Source: an uncultured virus (IMG/VR IMGVR_UViG_3300021962_000076)
Taxonomy: Duplodnaviria > Heunggongvirae > Uroviricota > Caudoviricetes
Virus record (IMG/VR): IMGVR_UViG_3300021962_000076
Span: 1-64,000 of that record
Strand: one strand, 5' to 3'
DNA: 64,000 nt
Shown piece after piece: positions 50,073 through 59,389 of this stretch. Under the pieces are notes generated by a model. It worked only from the letters and a program-made list of their open reading frames with translations. It had not been told where the DNA came from and searched no databases. The number at the start of each line of letters is the position of its first letter. Within the stretch, counting starts at the first letter, position 1. The position numbers and the translations under genes are program-made.

Positions 50073-50365
50073 TTGATTTAGCAGAAATCGTTGATAAGAC
50101 ACAAAATGTATTTCCAAATAGTAAATCTGTAATTCTCTATGAAATGAGTCAAAATGAGTTCAATTATGTTAAATCAAACTTTCAGAATGTTAAAGTCGAT
50201 CAGACGCAGATTTCAATAGAAATCTCAAATACAGAAATTGTTTTTATATTAGAAAACTCATATAAAATAGAAAATAAAGTAGAAGAGTTAGTTGTTGAAA
50301 AACCTAAACAAAAAAAAAGTAGATTTTTTAAAAGATGGTTTAAAAAATTTAATTTAATTTTTTAA
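50036..50365 (+). CDS. Hypothetical protein
   Basis: 109-aa ORF. Confidence 0.5.
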   Translation: MGENKNDFNTKLIDLAEIVDKTQNVFPNSKSVILYEMSQNEFNYVKSNFQNVKVDQTQISIEISNTEIVFILENSYKIENKVEELVVEKPKQKKSRFFKRWFKKFNLIF

Positions 50366-50999
50366 ATTTTGTTGATTTACGATATAGACTACTTTTTGAA
50401 AATCCATTCTTACTTAACAAATCATATAGGTATTTTTTTTGGTCACTACTAGAGTCCTTAACTATGATACTATCAATACGACCATTGGATATCATATAGT
50501 TTTCTAAAACATCTAAAAATCTATCACAATCAAATTCTGTTTTTAGTGAAAAAATATTAAAATTATTTTCGTTTTGAACTATCACCTTATTGTTTAATTT
50601 TGATATTAGTTTTACACTTCCTTTAGGTAGGTATAGCCTATTAAATTGGGTGATTGTTATTTTTTTATTTTTTTGTAAATCATATATTAACTCCTCAACT
50701 GAATAACTATTAATTTTTATGATGTTGTAATCCGGACTATCCAGTTGAATCCTATTTTGACGACCAAACTCATCTTTAGCAAAATAAGTATAATTTTTAT
50801 TAACTCTAACTGACTCCAATAAACCAAGTTCGAAACTACACAATTCACCATTCTCAACCATCTTACCAAAAATAGGACTATTATTTATTTTATCATCAAA
50901 AAAAGTTGTAGCCCTATCTTTAGTTATAAATTTCTTTATTATTTTTTTCTTTTCTTTATTCTTAAATAGAACAATTATATAGTTATATTTTGATTCCAT
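50349..50999 (-). CDS. Hypothetical protein
   Basis: 216-aa minus-strand ORF, divergent from dnaJ. Confidence 0.6.
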   Translation of the reverse strand: MESKYNYIIVLFKNKEKKKIIKKFITKDRATTFFDDKINNSPIFGKMVENGELCSFELGLLESVRVNKNYTYFAKDEFGRQNRIQLDSPDYNIIKINSYSVEELIYDLQKNKKITITQFNRLYLPKGSVKLISKLNNKVIVQNENNFNIFSLKTEFDCDRFLDVLENYMISNGRIDSIIVKDSSSDQKKYLYDLLSKNGFSKSSLYRKSTKFKKLN

Positions 51000-51042
51000 A
51001 AATTAAAGTATAATTTAGTATTCGTTTAAATAAATATTCCAT

Positions 51043-51966
51043 ATGAATCAGGACAACTATTATAAAATATTAGACGTTGAAGAAAACGCCACACAAGATG
51101 AAATAAAAAAGGCTTATAGAAAACTAGCTAGAGAAACACATCCTGATAAAGGTGGTGATGAGGAGTTATTTAAGAAAATTTCATTAGCTTATGACACAAT
51201 TGGAGATGAAAACAAAAGAAAAGAATACGACATACAACAAAAAAACCCATTTGGTGGTGGTAACTTTAATGATATTTTTAGTAGTTTTTTTGGGGGTAGT
51301 TTTAACAATAGATCCGAACCAGTAAGGCACACAACAACAATTAATTTAAGTATTGGAGCAATAGAAGCATATAACGCAGGTAAAAAAACCATAAATTACA
51401 AAAGAAAAAAAATGTGTGACACCTGCAGTGGTGGTGGTGGTGATAAAAAAACGTGTAATATATGTAATGGGCAAGGACAAATTAGAAGACAAATAAATAT
51501 GGGCGGTTTTGCGCAAATAATCGCAACAGAATGTCCAACGTGTTATGGGTCTGGACAAATAATATATAACCCATGTTTCGTTTGTAATGGTAATGGAAAT
51601 AATGATGAAATTAAAAGTATTGATGTTAATTTACCAAACGACATTGATGAAGGTCAATTTTTAAGATTAAAAGGTTTGGGCGATTTTAAAAATGGTAATT
51701 ATGGCGACTTACTTGTTAGAATTAACATTACCAAAGAAAATGATTTTAGTAAATTTGGTGCTAATTTAGTATATGATTTATATCTAGATTTAGAAAAAAT
51801 AAATAAAGAAACATTTACTATCCCACACCCAAGTGGAGATCTAACGATTAAATTCCCAAAGTTAATAGATACATCAAAACCATTAAGAGTTAAAGGTAAG
51901 GGATTTAAAAATCAAACAACCGGGGATCTAATTATTAATCAATATTTAAAGTATTATAGAGATTAA
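51043..51966 (+). CDS. dnaJ: DnaJ (Hsp40) co-chaperone with J domain, zinc finger and C-terminal domain
   Basis: YYKIL..IKKAYRKLA..HPDK, four CxxCxGxG-like repeats and GDLLVRI. Confidence 0.93.
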   Translation: MNQDNYYKILDVEENATQDEIKKAYRKLARETHPDKGGDEELFKKISLAYDTIGDENKRKEYDIQQKNPFGGGNFNDIFSSFFGGSFNNRSEPVRHTTTINLSIGAIEAYNAGKKTINYKRKKMCDTCSGGGGDKKTCNICNGQGQIRRQINMGGFAQIIATECPTCYGSGQIIYNPCFVCNGNGNNDEIKSIDVNLPNDIDEGQFLRLKGLGDFKNGNYGDLLVRINITKENDFSKFGANLVYDLYLDLEKINKETFTIPHPSGDLTIKFPKLIDTSKPLRVKGKGFKNQTTGDLIINQYLKYYRD

Positions 51967-52112
51967 AAGTAAAACATGATGTCTTTTATTAGACTAATCA
52001 AACCATATATTGATAAAAACAAAAATATTACGCCAGTTATAAAAACAAAATTTTTAGTCTTAACAATACCTCTAGTTGTCCCACATGTTTTACATCTTTT
52101 ATTATTTTCCAT
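51963..52112 (-). CDS. 49-aa CxxC plus TM microprotein, not in the ORF track
   Basis: MENNKRCKTCGTTRGIVKTKNFVFITGVIFLFLSIYGLISLIKDIMFYF. Confidence 0.5.
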   Translation of the reverse strand: MENNKRCKTCGTTRGIVKTKNFVFITGVIFLFLSIYGLISLIKDIMFYF

Positions 52113-52193
52113 ATATAAAAATATATAAGTTCTTATTTTTTTTTAAACTATATTTTTTATTAATATATAATATTTATTATAAAAACATAATTT

Positions 52194-54128
52194 ATGGAAT
52201 TAATTGGACTTTTATCTAAAGTTGTTAAAGAAAATATAACAACTAAAAAAATATTATTAGAATATCCTGAATCTACTATTAAAAAACTTGTAGATAAGTT
52301 TATCGAACAAACTAATGATACTGAGGAAGAGATTAGGAAAACTATTGCGGATTTTGAAAGATTTAAAGCAGCATTTAATAATGAGGATAAGGATATTTTT
52401 AGACATACATATGATAAAGTTAAAGAATTAGTTAAAGATAAAAGTGAAAAACAAAAAAGTAAGAAGAATCTAGAAGATTTAGTACAAGACTATATCACAA
52501 AATATAAAGGAGCGGATTTACAGTTAGTAAAACTTAATATTAAAAAATTCTTTGAACTTAAAACACATTTAAAAAACGTAAAAGAATTTAAAAAAGAAGT
52601 TACAAGTTATAACCCATCAGAGTTAAATTCATTAGTTAATAAATACTTTACAAAATTTAACGAAGATGGATTAAATCCTTTTGTTGTTGCGATGTTTGAA
52701 AAATTCAAGAAAGAAAATCCAGATGACGACCCACTAACAATTATATTACCTAGGGTTAAAAGATTTATTAACCATTTTGAATTAATACCACTTAACGCCA
52801 AATTAAGTGCTTTTATGACATTTGATGAGTTTGAACATATAGTTGATGGGTACACACCAATGGAAGAAAGTGAATATGATGTGCCTGAAATTGATACAAG
52901 CGATGTTGATATTGCGTATGAAGATGATAACGTATTAATTTTTGCACCAGATCAAAAACATAAGTGTATTAACATTAGAAAAAAACACGCACCAGATAGA
53001 AGATGGTGTACATCATGGGAGGGTTCATCAAACTATTATTACAATTACAGACTTAATCAAAATTTAACACTATATTACATTATAAATAAAACTTTACCAT
53101 CATCTGATTTAAATTATGCATCCGTAATATTAGTTGATAGATATGGTGATATGAGACTAGCCGATGGTTCTAACTCTGGAAGATTTGCAGGATCAACAGT
53201 TATTCCATGGAGTGAGATACTTTCTAAAATTCCGGTATTAAAAGGTAAAGAAGGTTATCTAAAAGCAAAACCATTTAGCGATAGTGACCAGGAAAAAATG
53301 CAAAGATACAAAAGCTATAATCTAAAAACCACAGACCCAATCCAAGAACTTGGAGGGGAAGAGGAAGTTGAATTATGGATTGAATTGCGAGGACCTGATT
53401 TTAGACATATTAACAATGGTGGTGAAATTTTTGGTAATTTACCAGAAGAAATGCAAAAGAAATATATTGGATTAGGAAATGAGTTATCTGCTGAGATGGT
53501 TAGAGCTTTAACACCAAGCGCAAGAACATATTATATATCTAAAAGGAAAGAAAAAATATTACAAAAGTCATTAAGTGAATTAAATGAAAATGATATGGAA
53601 GTAATCATGAGTAGAGAGATGAGACCATATTATAAAAGTTTGAAAACTAAGTTTGAAAAAGACATCTCACAATCATTCAAACCGGACTTTGTACAAATAG
53701 CATATCCTAATGACCCAAATGCTAAATTTGCAAGAATGTTTGGATTAGACTTACTATTTGATTTATTACCAGAAGATGTTGAATTTCTACAGATAGAGAA
53801 TAAATCAAAAGATGATATAATTTTAACTATACCACCAACAATTGGTAAATTCACACAAATGGGGACACTTGTTTGTGAAAATATAATCAAAGAATTACCA
53901 AGTGAGGTTGGAAACTGTACTAGTTTAGCATTTTTAAATTTGACAAATAACAAGCAATTAACTACTCTTCCAGAGTCGATAGTAAAGTTAACTTGTCTTG
54001 ACTTTTTATCAGTTATGGGTTCTAGTATTGATATTGAAAAACTACCAAAAGAAATATTTAAATACTTTGATCCATCTGATGTGTTTTGGGATATAAATTT
54101 CCCATCTGAGATGAGAGGAAATTGTTAA
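52194..54128 (+). CDS. Large protein with a central WC-motif domain and C-terminal leucine-rich repeats
   Basis: RWCTSW..YY..LYYI, then LPSEVGNCTSLAFLNL..LTTLPESIVKLTCLDFL LRRs. Confidence 0.65.
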   Translation: MELIGLLSKVVKENITTKKILLEYPESTIKKLVDKFIEQTNDTEEEIRKTIADFERFKAAFNNEDKDIFRHTYDKVKELVKDKSEKQKSKKNLEDLVQDYITKYKGADLQLVKLNIKKFFELKTHLKNVKEFKKEVTSYNPSELNSLVNKYFTKFNEDGLNPFVVAMFEKFKKENPDDDPLTIILPRVKRFINHFELIPLNAKLSAFMTFDEFEHIVDGYTPMEESEYDVPEIDTSDVDIAYEDDNVLIFAPDQKHKCINIRKKHAPDRRWCTSWEGSSNYYYNYRLNQNLTLYYIINKTLPSSDLNYASVILVDRYGDMRLADGSNSGRFAGSTVIPWSEILSKIPVLKGKEGYLKAKPFSDSDQEKMQRYKSYNLKTTDPIQELGGEEEVELWIELRGPDFRHINNGGEIFGNLPEEMQKKYIGLGNELSAEMVRALTPSARTYYISKRKEKILQKSLSELNENDMEVIMSREMRPYYKSLKTKFEKDISQSFKPDFVQIAYPNDPNAKFARMFGLDLLFDLLPEDVEFLQIENKSKDDIILTIPPTIGKFTQMGTLVCENIIKELPSEVGNCTSLAFLNLTNNKQLTTLPESIVKLTCLDFLSVMGSSIDIEKLPKEIFKYFDPSDVFWDINFPSEMRGNC

Positions 54129-54147
54129 ATTAAAAAAAAATAAAATT

Positions 54148-54435
54148 ATGGGGGATTTAGAGGTTGATATTTATATGAGTAATCTAATTCATTTTTTTGA
54201 AAATAATGAAAATGATTTAATTACATTAATTGGTGAAATACAAAAAGAAAAATTTTATAATTACTTAAGGGATGAATGCGAAAATAATCTAAGGTTAGGT
54301 AAAGATGTTTCACTAACTAGAGAACAAATTATTGAAATAGTTTTAAAACTTAAATTAGGAGATATAAAATCCACAAAAACTAGCTTAAATAATATTATTA
54401 TGAAAACAAAGTTTGGTGATATTATTTTAAATTAA
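54148..54435 (+). CDS. Hypothetical protein
   Basis: 95-aa ORF. Confidence 0.6.
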   Translation: MGDLEVDIYMSNLIHFFENNENDLITLIGEIQKEKFYNYLRDECENNLRLGKDVSLTREQIIEIVLKLKLGDIKSTKTSLNNIIMKTKFGDIILN

Positions 54436-54447
54436 TTTACATAAATG

Positions 54448-54478
54448 TTTGGTAATTAAAAAAAAATTACTATATTTG
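54448..54478 (+). promoter_or_regulatory. Bacteroidota-type promoter
   Basis: tttg, 19-nt spacer, tatatttg; upstream of 54503. Confidence 0.7.
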
Positions 54479-54502
54479 TAATGTAAATAAAATTTAAAAG
54501 AT

Positions 54503-55258
54503 ATGATTTATACACCAGAATTAATTAAAGAATTAGCACCATCAGTTTTTTCTACAACACCATCACAAAAGATGACAAACAAATATACCTTTGTTCCAAC
54601 GGACCAGGTATTGGAATTTTTTAATCGAGAAGGATGGGAGGTATCGTCCGTTAAACAAACAGGAAAAGGATTTCATTCTTTACACGAAATTAAGTTTAGA
54701 AACAATGAACTACCTAAAGTTGGTGACACATTAGTTGAGGCTATAGTTAGAAACTCACACAATGGTGCAACAGCATTTTCTATGTCAGCAGGACTACATA
54801 GGCTAGTTTGTTCTAATGGTCTAACAGTACCAACAGCGGTAGCAGAAAAGTTCTCAATGAGACACAACCACTTCCAGCTTGACGATGTTAAGGAATTAGC
54901 CGAAAAGTTCTCAAAGAAATTACCAATGATTCAGAATTCAGTTGGTAGAATGATGGCTCGTGAAATGTCAGACGATGATAAGATTGACTTTATTCGTAAA
55001 TCAGCTAAGATTAGATTTAACTTGGAAAAGACATTTAACGATCTTGAAATCTTAGACTTACTAACACCAAATAGAGTTGAGGATGAAGGAAATGACTTGT
55101 GGAGTGTTTTTAATGTAGTACAAGAGAAGTTTATTCGTGGTGGAGCAAAAGTCTCAAATAATCGAGGAAAATCCACAAAGATGAGAAAAGTTGATAGTAT
55201 TTTAACACAGAATAAAATTAACACACAACTCTGGGAGTTGGCAGAAACAATGGTTTAA
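54503..55258 (+). CDS. DUF932/DUF945 family protein
   Basis: APSVF..Y.FVPT, NSHNG..F...AGLHRLVCSNGL and LWSVFNVVQE motifs. Confidence 0.85.
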   Translation: MIYTPELIKELAPSVFSTTPSQKMTNKYTFVPTDQVLEFFNREGWEVSSVKQTGKGFHSLHEIKFRNNELPKVGDTLVEAIVRNSHNGATAFSMSAGLHRLVCSNGLTVPTAVAEKFSMRHNHFQLDDVKELAEKFSKKLPMIQNSVGRMMAREMSDDDKIDFIRKSAKIRFNLEKTFNDLEILDLLTPNRVEDEGNDLWSVFNVVQEKFIRGGAKVSNNRGKSTKMRKVDSILTQNKINTQLWELAETMV

Positions 55259-55259
55259 T

Positions 55260-55607
55260 ATGGATGAGGTAACCCTTTTTAGAATTGAAGAAAAATTTCT
55301 TAAATCTCTTTTTGAAACAAAAGGGGTTACCTACTCCAAAAACAAATTGATGACAACAATAAATCTAACACCTGAAATACTTTTAGAAAAAGATTATATT
55401 TTAGAGTATTGTGATATTGCAACATACCAGGAAGGATTTTCATATTTAGAAGCAATTTTTAGGAATAAATCTGATTTTTATATATATTTATCAAAAAGAA
55501 ATACAGAAAGTATTAATTATGATATTAAAATTTACTTTGAACCAAAAGATTTTACTGAGGTTAAGTTTTTTATAAAAAAATTATTAAAATTAAATCAATG
55601 GAAATAA
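55260..55607 (+). CDS. Hypothetical protein
   Basis: 115-aa ORF. Confidence 0.55.
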   Translation: MDEVTLFRIEEKFLKSLFETKGVTYSKNKLMTTINLTPEILLEKDYILEYCDIATYQEGFSYLEAIFRNKSDFYIYLSKRNTESINYDIKIYFEPKDFTEVKFFIKKLLKLNQWK

Positions 55608-55912
55608 ATAGTACAGAGCTACAACAACAAATTAATAGTGGTGAAAAAATTATAGTTGAATTTTGGGCACCATGGTGTGGTCCATGTCGTATGATGAAAC
55701 CAGGATTTGAGAAAGTCGCTAGAGAAAACACCTCTAATGTTAAGATGTATACAATGAACATAGACGAGAATAGAGAGGCCGCGGTAGGCCTAGGGATTAG
55801 AAGTATACCAACAATAAAGATTTTTAATTCTGGTGAAACTATAGAGACAAAAGTTGGTGTGTTATCTGAACAACAAATAAATGGAATGTTAAAAGAATTG
55901 ATTAATGGATAA
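55598..55912 (+). CDS. trxA: Thioredoxin
   Basis: FWAPWCGPCR and IRSIPT motifs. Confidence 0.93.
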   Translation: MEINSTELQQQINSGEKIIVEFWAPWCGPCRMMKPGFEKVARENTSNVKMYTMNIDENREAAVGLGIRSIPTIKIFNSGETIETKVGVLSEQQINGMLKELING

Positions 55913-56192
55913 GGTTGCTGTTTTATTCACAATGGATGGTTGTCCTTTTTGTGTTGATTTAAAAAATATGTTAAATGAGGCTGGTATTGAGTACTATGAT
56001 AGAGATATTCATAAATATGAAGATGAATACAACCTTTTTGTTGAAATAACTGAAAATGAATATGTTCCGGCCTTTATGTTGATTGAAGCCCCAGAGACAG
56101 AAGCCCCAATCACAAATTTATTTGCACCAGATCGAGACTTCCAGGATATAAATGAAGGGTTTGATATTATAAAATCATTCTTAGTTGATTAA
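55905..56192 (+). CDS. Glutaredoxin-like protein
   Basis: GCPFC and YVPAF motifs. Confidence 0.85.
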   Translation: MDKVAVLFTMDGCPFCVDLKNMLNEAGIEYYDRDIHKYEDEYNLFVEITENEYVPAFMLIEAPETEAPITNLFAPDRDFQDINEGFDIIKSFLVD

Positions 56193-56193
56193 C

Positions 56194-56220
56194 AAAAAAC
56201 CCCCTTAATTGGGGGTTTTT
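56194..56220. terminator. Bidirectional intrinsic terminator
   Basis: aaaaaaccccc-ttaatt-gggggttttt between convergent genes. Confidence 0.85.
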
Positions 56221-56223
56221 AAT

Positions 56224-56919
56224 TTAAACTAGTACTACGTGTTCTAACATATCTTGTTTTAGATATGGTTTTTCTCTATCAGGTGATAATATATCTTGTA
56301 ATAAGTCATATTCATCAAGTCTACTATTAAACTCTTCTAAATCAAAGGAAAACACATCAAGAATTAATGATTTAATTTTATGTTTATTAATTTTTGAATT
56401 GGATACAATTTTAATTTTTAAATCACCATCCTCATCTTCATTTTTTGTAAAGAAAAAATCTAAAGATTTAACACCAAGTAGACTATACATATGATTAAAA
56501 ATATAGTGTGAGTAATAAACCATAGACCTACCACAATTTAAACTATAACCATATGGAAATTCAGATGATGTAGATAACTCAAAAACCGGTTCATCTTCCT
56601 CAATAAAGACATCCTTATTTACATTTACCCAACCTTTCTCAATATTATTTAATTCAACCTCGTATTTTATTAAATCTATTGTATTTATACGATCAATACC
56701 AACATCTTTTAATTCTTTATCAAACCAATTAGTAAAATCTGTTTTTATTTTTTCTAGGTCTAGTAAAGTATTTGATGTTGTAAGACCATGAATAACCATA
56801 AATGATTCACAATCTGTAACCTGGATAATTGAGTTTTCTTTTTTATCTATTCTTGAAAGAATAAAATCGGCAAATAAATTAACAATGCCTCTTCTTGAAT
56901 TTTTATTAATTTTTCTCAT
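56224..56919 (-). CDS. Hypothetical protein with weak resemblance to S-adenosylmethionine synthetase (degenerate)
   Basis: The segments NLFADFIL, MVIHGLTTS..LDLEKI, FPYGYS..M.YYSHYI and LILDVFSF align by eye with MetK elements; the catalytic motifs are absent. Confidence 0.4.
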   Translation of the reverse strand: MRKINKNSRRGIVNLFADFILSRIDKKENSIIQVTDCESFMVIHGLTTSNTLLDLEKIKTDFTNWFDKELKDVGIDRINTIDLIKYEVELNNIEKGWVNVNKDVFIEEDEPVFELSTSSEFPYGYSLNCGRSMVYYSHYIFNHMYSLLGVKSLDFFFTKNEDEDGDLKIKIVSNSKINKHKIKSLILDVFSFDLEEFNSRLDEYDLLQDILSPDREKPYLKQDMLEHVVLV

Positions 56920-56968
56920 ATTCTATTTTTTTATAATGAATATGATTTTTATTTCAATAACTAAATAG

Positions 56969-57976
56969 TTATTCTACGTAATCAAAAAATCGCTCATTGA
57001 TTTCTTGATTAACTTTTCTAAAATCTGGATATCCTAATTTTCTAAACTTAAACTCATCTATAATACCAAACCTTTGTAAACTATTTATAAAATAAAGGTA
57101 ATCGGTATAATCTGTGATACTTTCATCTGTTGACGTATCAAAAAACATTTTTAATGTGGTACCAAAAAGTTTAATTTTTATTTTAGCCATATCACCTTCC
57201 CATCTAATATTAGGATCAAAGTATTCACTAATAGAATCTAAAACAATATCTGTCATTTCTTCATTCCAAGCCTCATTATATGAAAGTGAATATAAGTTTT
57301 CTAAGTCCCTTTGCAATTCACCAAAATAATTCATCATAATAACCTCATTAAAAAGGTCATCTTCATTATTCATAATAGCATTTATATTTTCGTGAAAACT
57401 AAAAACACCATCTTCATTTACATAATCAAGTAAAGCACTCCAAAAACCATCAGAATCTATTATATCACTCTCTGATAATGTAATACCTTTAGTTTTTTCT
57501 AAAATAACTTTAGTTAGATATTTTTTATTTTCATTATTTAATACACTAATAACATCATCATATAAATCATTAGTTTCAACATAAAAAGGTTCATACCAGT
57601 CCTGACCAAATAAATCTGAAATAAAATCCATATTAGGACCAATAAATAAATCACGAATATCAGATAGGTATTTTAAATTTAGGTAGTAGTCATCACCTTC
57701 TTTTGTAATGTAATTACTAGCATACTGACTAAAATAGCGAACAAAGAAATCAGGACCAAACTCTTTTAAATATAAATTACATATTTTACCAAAATCCCAA
57801 AGTTCAGCCTCCTCCATTCCATAATATATTTTATATAAATTAACATCTTTTAGTCTATTTTTTTTATAGACATACCCAAATATAAAATTTTTCATACCAC
57901 CAAAAATAGTATGTAACTTTTCTAAAACATCCGGGTCATTAGTGTTAATCCCATGTATAAAATAATCAATATTCAT
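56969..57976 (-). CDS. Acidic hypothetical protein; paralog of 57976..59091
   Basis: Shares the DxYxDVIxxLNxxN, L..L...YN.A and YPDxRxVxxxIN motifs. Confidence 0.65.
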   Translation of the reverse strand: MNIDYFIHGINTNDPDVLEKLHTIFGGMKNFIFGYVYKKNRLKDVNLYKIYYGMEEAELWDFGKICNLYLKEFGPDFFVRYFSQYASNYITKEGDDYYLNLKYLSDIRDLFIGPNMDFISDLFGQDWYEPFYVETNDLYDDVISVLNNENKKYLTKVILEKTKGITLSESDIIDSDGFWSALLDYVNEDGVFSFHENINAIMNNEDDLFNEVIMMNYFGELQRDLENLYSLSYNEAWNEEMTDIVLDSISEYFDPNIRWEGDMAKIKIKLFGTTLKMFFDTSTDESITDYTDYLYFINSLQRFGIIDEFKFRKLGYPDFRKVNQEINERFFDYVE

Positions 57977-59091
57977 TATATATAATCACCAAAATAATCA
58001 TTTATGTATTTGTCAACTAATCGATAGTCAGGATAATCAGGTATTCTAAAACTAATTTCATCAAGTACACCATCGTAAAACAAGAATCCCATCATTTCAG
58101 TATAAGAGCCTTGATATTCTAAAGTATTATAACGTATATTCTCTTCTAGATATGATTTTACATTAGAATAAAAATCACGTATTTTAATTTTTGGATAATA
58201 TCTAACCTTACCACTTGTTTGTTTAATTTCTTCCCAATCAAACTTACCAACAAAATATTCCTGTAAACCATCCATTACAAGTTCGTAACACTCACTCTCA
58301 TAAGCATTATTATATGCATTATTATGAATAGAATGTAATTCAGATTTCAAATCATCTAAATCACCATTAAGAAGTTCGTCCATAGCTGATTCATCACCAA
58401 TTAAATTCATAACATTACTATTTGTTATTTGAAAGGTATTTTTAGTTCCTTGTTCTTCTGAAAATTCATGAAATAAATCATCGTTATAGTCATCTAAATT
58501 TAAATCTCTATTACCAATTTCATTAAGAATATATTTTGCAAGTCTAGCTTCATTAGCACTATTTAATTCATCAATAACATCTCTATAAACATCATCTGTT
58601 GTGTCCCACCACCGTTCAAAGAAGTCGTCTTCAGCTAAGACAGCCTTTGCTAAATCCCTAGGACTTGTTTCCCTACTATAACTCTCAAAAAAAAATGATA
58701 AATCATCTCTACCATTAAGACTAAGATAATAACCGTCTTTTTCTACAATAACATCACTATTTAAAATAGTACTAGCAATAAAATCTAAAGTATCACTTTC
58801 ATTATTATTTAAAGACCAAAGTAAAAATCTATTTTTTACCTCATCATCCTCTAAACTATTATAATCACTAACACCACTAATAAAACCATTATCACCTAGA
58901 AAATTTATAAGCTCAGGGTCCCTCTCCCATTCATCTGTTGGAATATAACCAATATCAACATCTTCCTGCAGGTTATATTTTGCAACAATTTTTAAGAAAT
59001 TACGTGTGGTGTTAAAGACCTGTAATATTTTTTCATATTCAGATTCCCTACCATCGTGAAATAACTCTAAAAATCTATCAAGTTTTGTCAT
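57976..59091 (-). CDS. Acidic hypothetical protein; paralog of 56969..57976
   Basis: Same shared motifs; TATTTATA lies just upstream on the minus strand. Confidence 0.65.
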   Translation of the reverse strand: MTKLDRFLELFHDGRESEYEKILQVFNTTRNFLKIVAKYNLQEDVDIGYIPTDEWERDPELINFLGDNGFISGVSDYNSLEDDEVKNRFLLWSLNNNESDTLDFIASTILNSDVIVEKDGYYLSLNGRDDLSFFFESYSRETSPRDLAKAVLAEDDFFERWWDTTDDVYRDVIDELNSANEARLAKYILNEIGNRDLNLDDYNDDLFHEFSEEQGTKNTFQITNSNVMNLIGDESAMDELLNGDLDDLKSELHSIHNNAYNNAYESECYELVMDGLQEYFVGKFDWEEIKQTSGKVRYYPKIKIRDFYSNVKSYLEENIRYNTLEYQGSYTEMMGFLFYDGVLDEISFRIPDYPDYRLVDKYINDYFGDYI

Positions 59092-59108
59092 ATTCTATAA
59101 ATACAAAA

Positions 59109-59131
59109 AGGTGGGAAAAAATAACCCACCT
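59109..59131 (-). terminator. Probable intrinsic terminator (minus strand)
   Basis: aggtggg...cccacct stem with an A-run on its left, downstream of the micro-ORF 59158..59307. Confidence 0.55.
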
Positions 59132-59157
59132 ATATGTATTCTTTAGTTAAATGAAAT

Positions 59158-59307
59158 TTATTTACTATAATACTTTTGAATAATTTTTTTAACAGATTCC
59201 TGAACACTTTGTGTTTGAGTATTAGTACTACTAGTAGTATTTGAGGATTTAATTTGTTGTTGTGTAGTGTTATTATTGTTTCCCTTATTTTTGCAACCAC
59301 ATCCCAT
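59158..59307 (-). CDS. 49-aa microprotein MGCGCK..., not in the ORF track
   Basis: MGCGCKNKGNNNNTTQQQIKSSNTTSSTNTQTQSVQESVKKIIQKYYSK; it has its own TATTTATA motif and terminator. Confidence 0.65.
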   Translation of the reverse strand: MGCGCKNKGNNNNTTQQQIKSSNTTSSTNTQTQSVQESVKKIIQKYYSK

Positions 59308-59389
59308 AACAATTGTTTTTATTAAGTTTATTTAATTATAAATATTATGATATATTCATATTTGTAAAGTTTAAGGTATTTATTGTTGT

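Noticed and set aside
59290..59307. MGCGC as a myristoylation/palmitoylation signal
   Set aside because: A bacterial host lacks N-myristoyltransferase; a CxC metal or disulfide role is more plausible.
59130..59312. ORF-track 60-aa minus-strand ORF
   Set aside because: It has a TTG start and runs into the terminator; the overlapping ATG frame 59158..59307 fits better.
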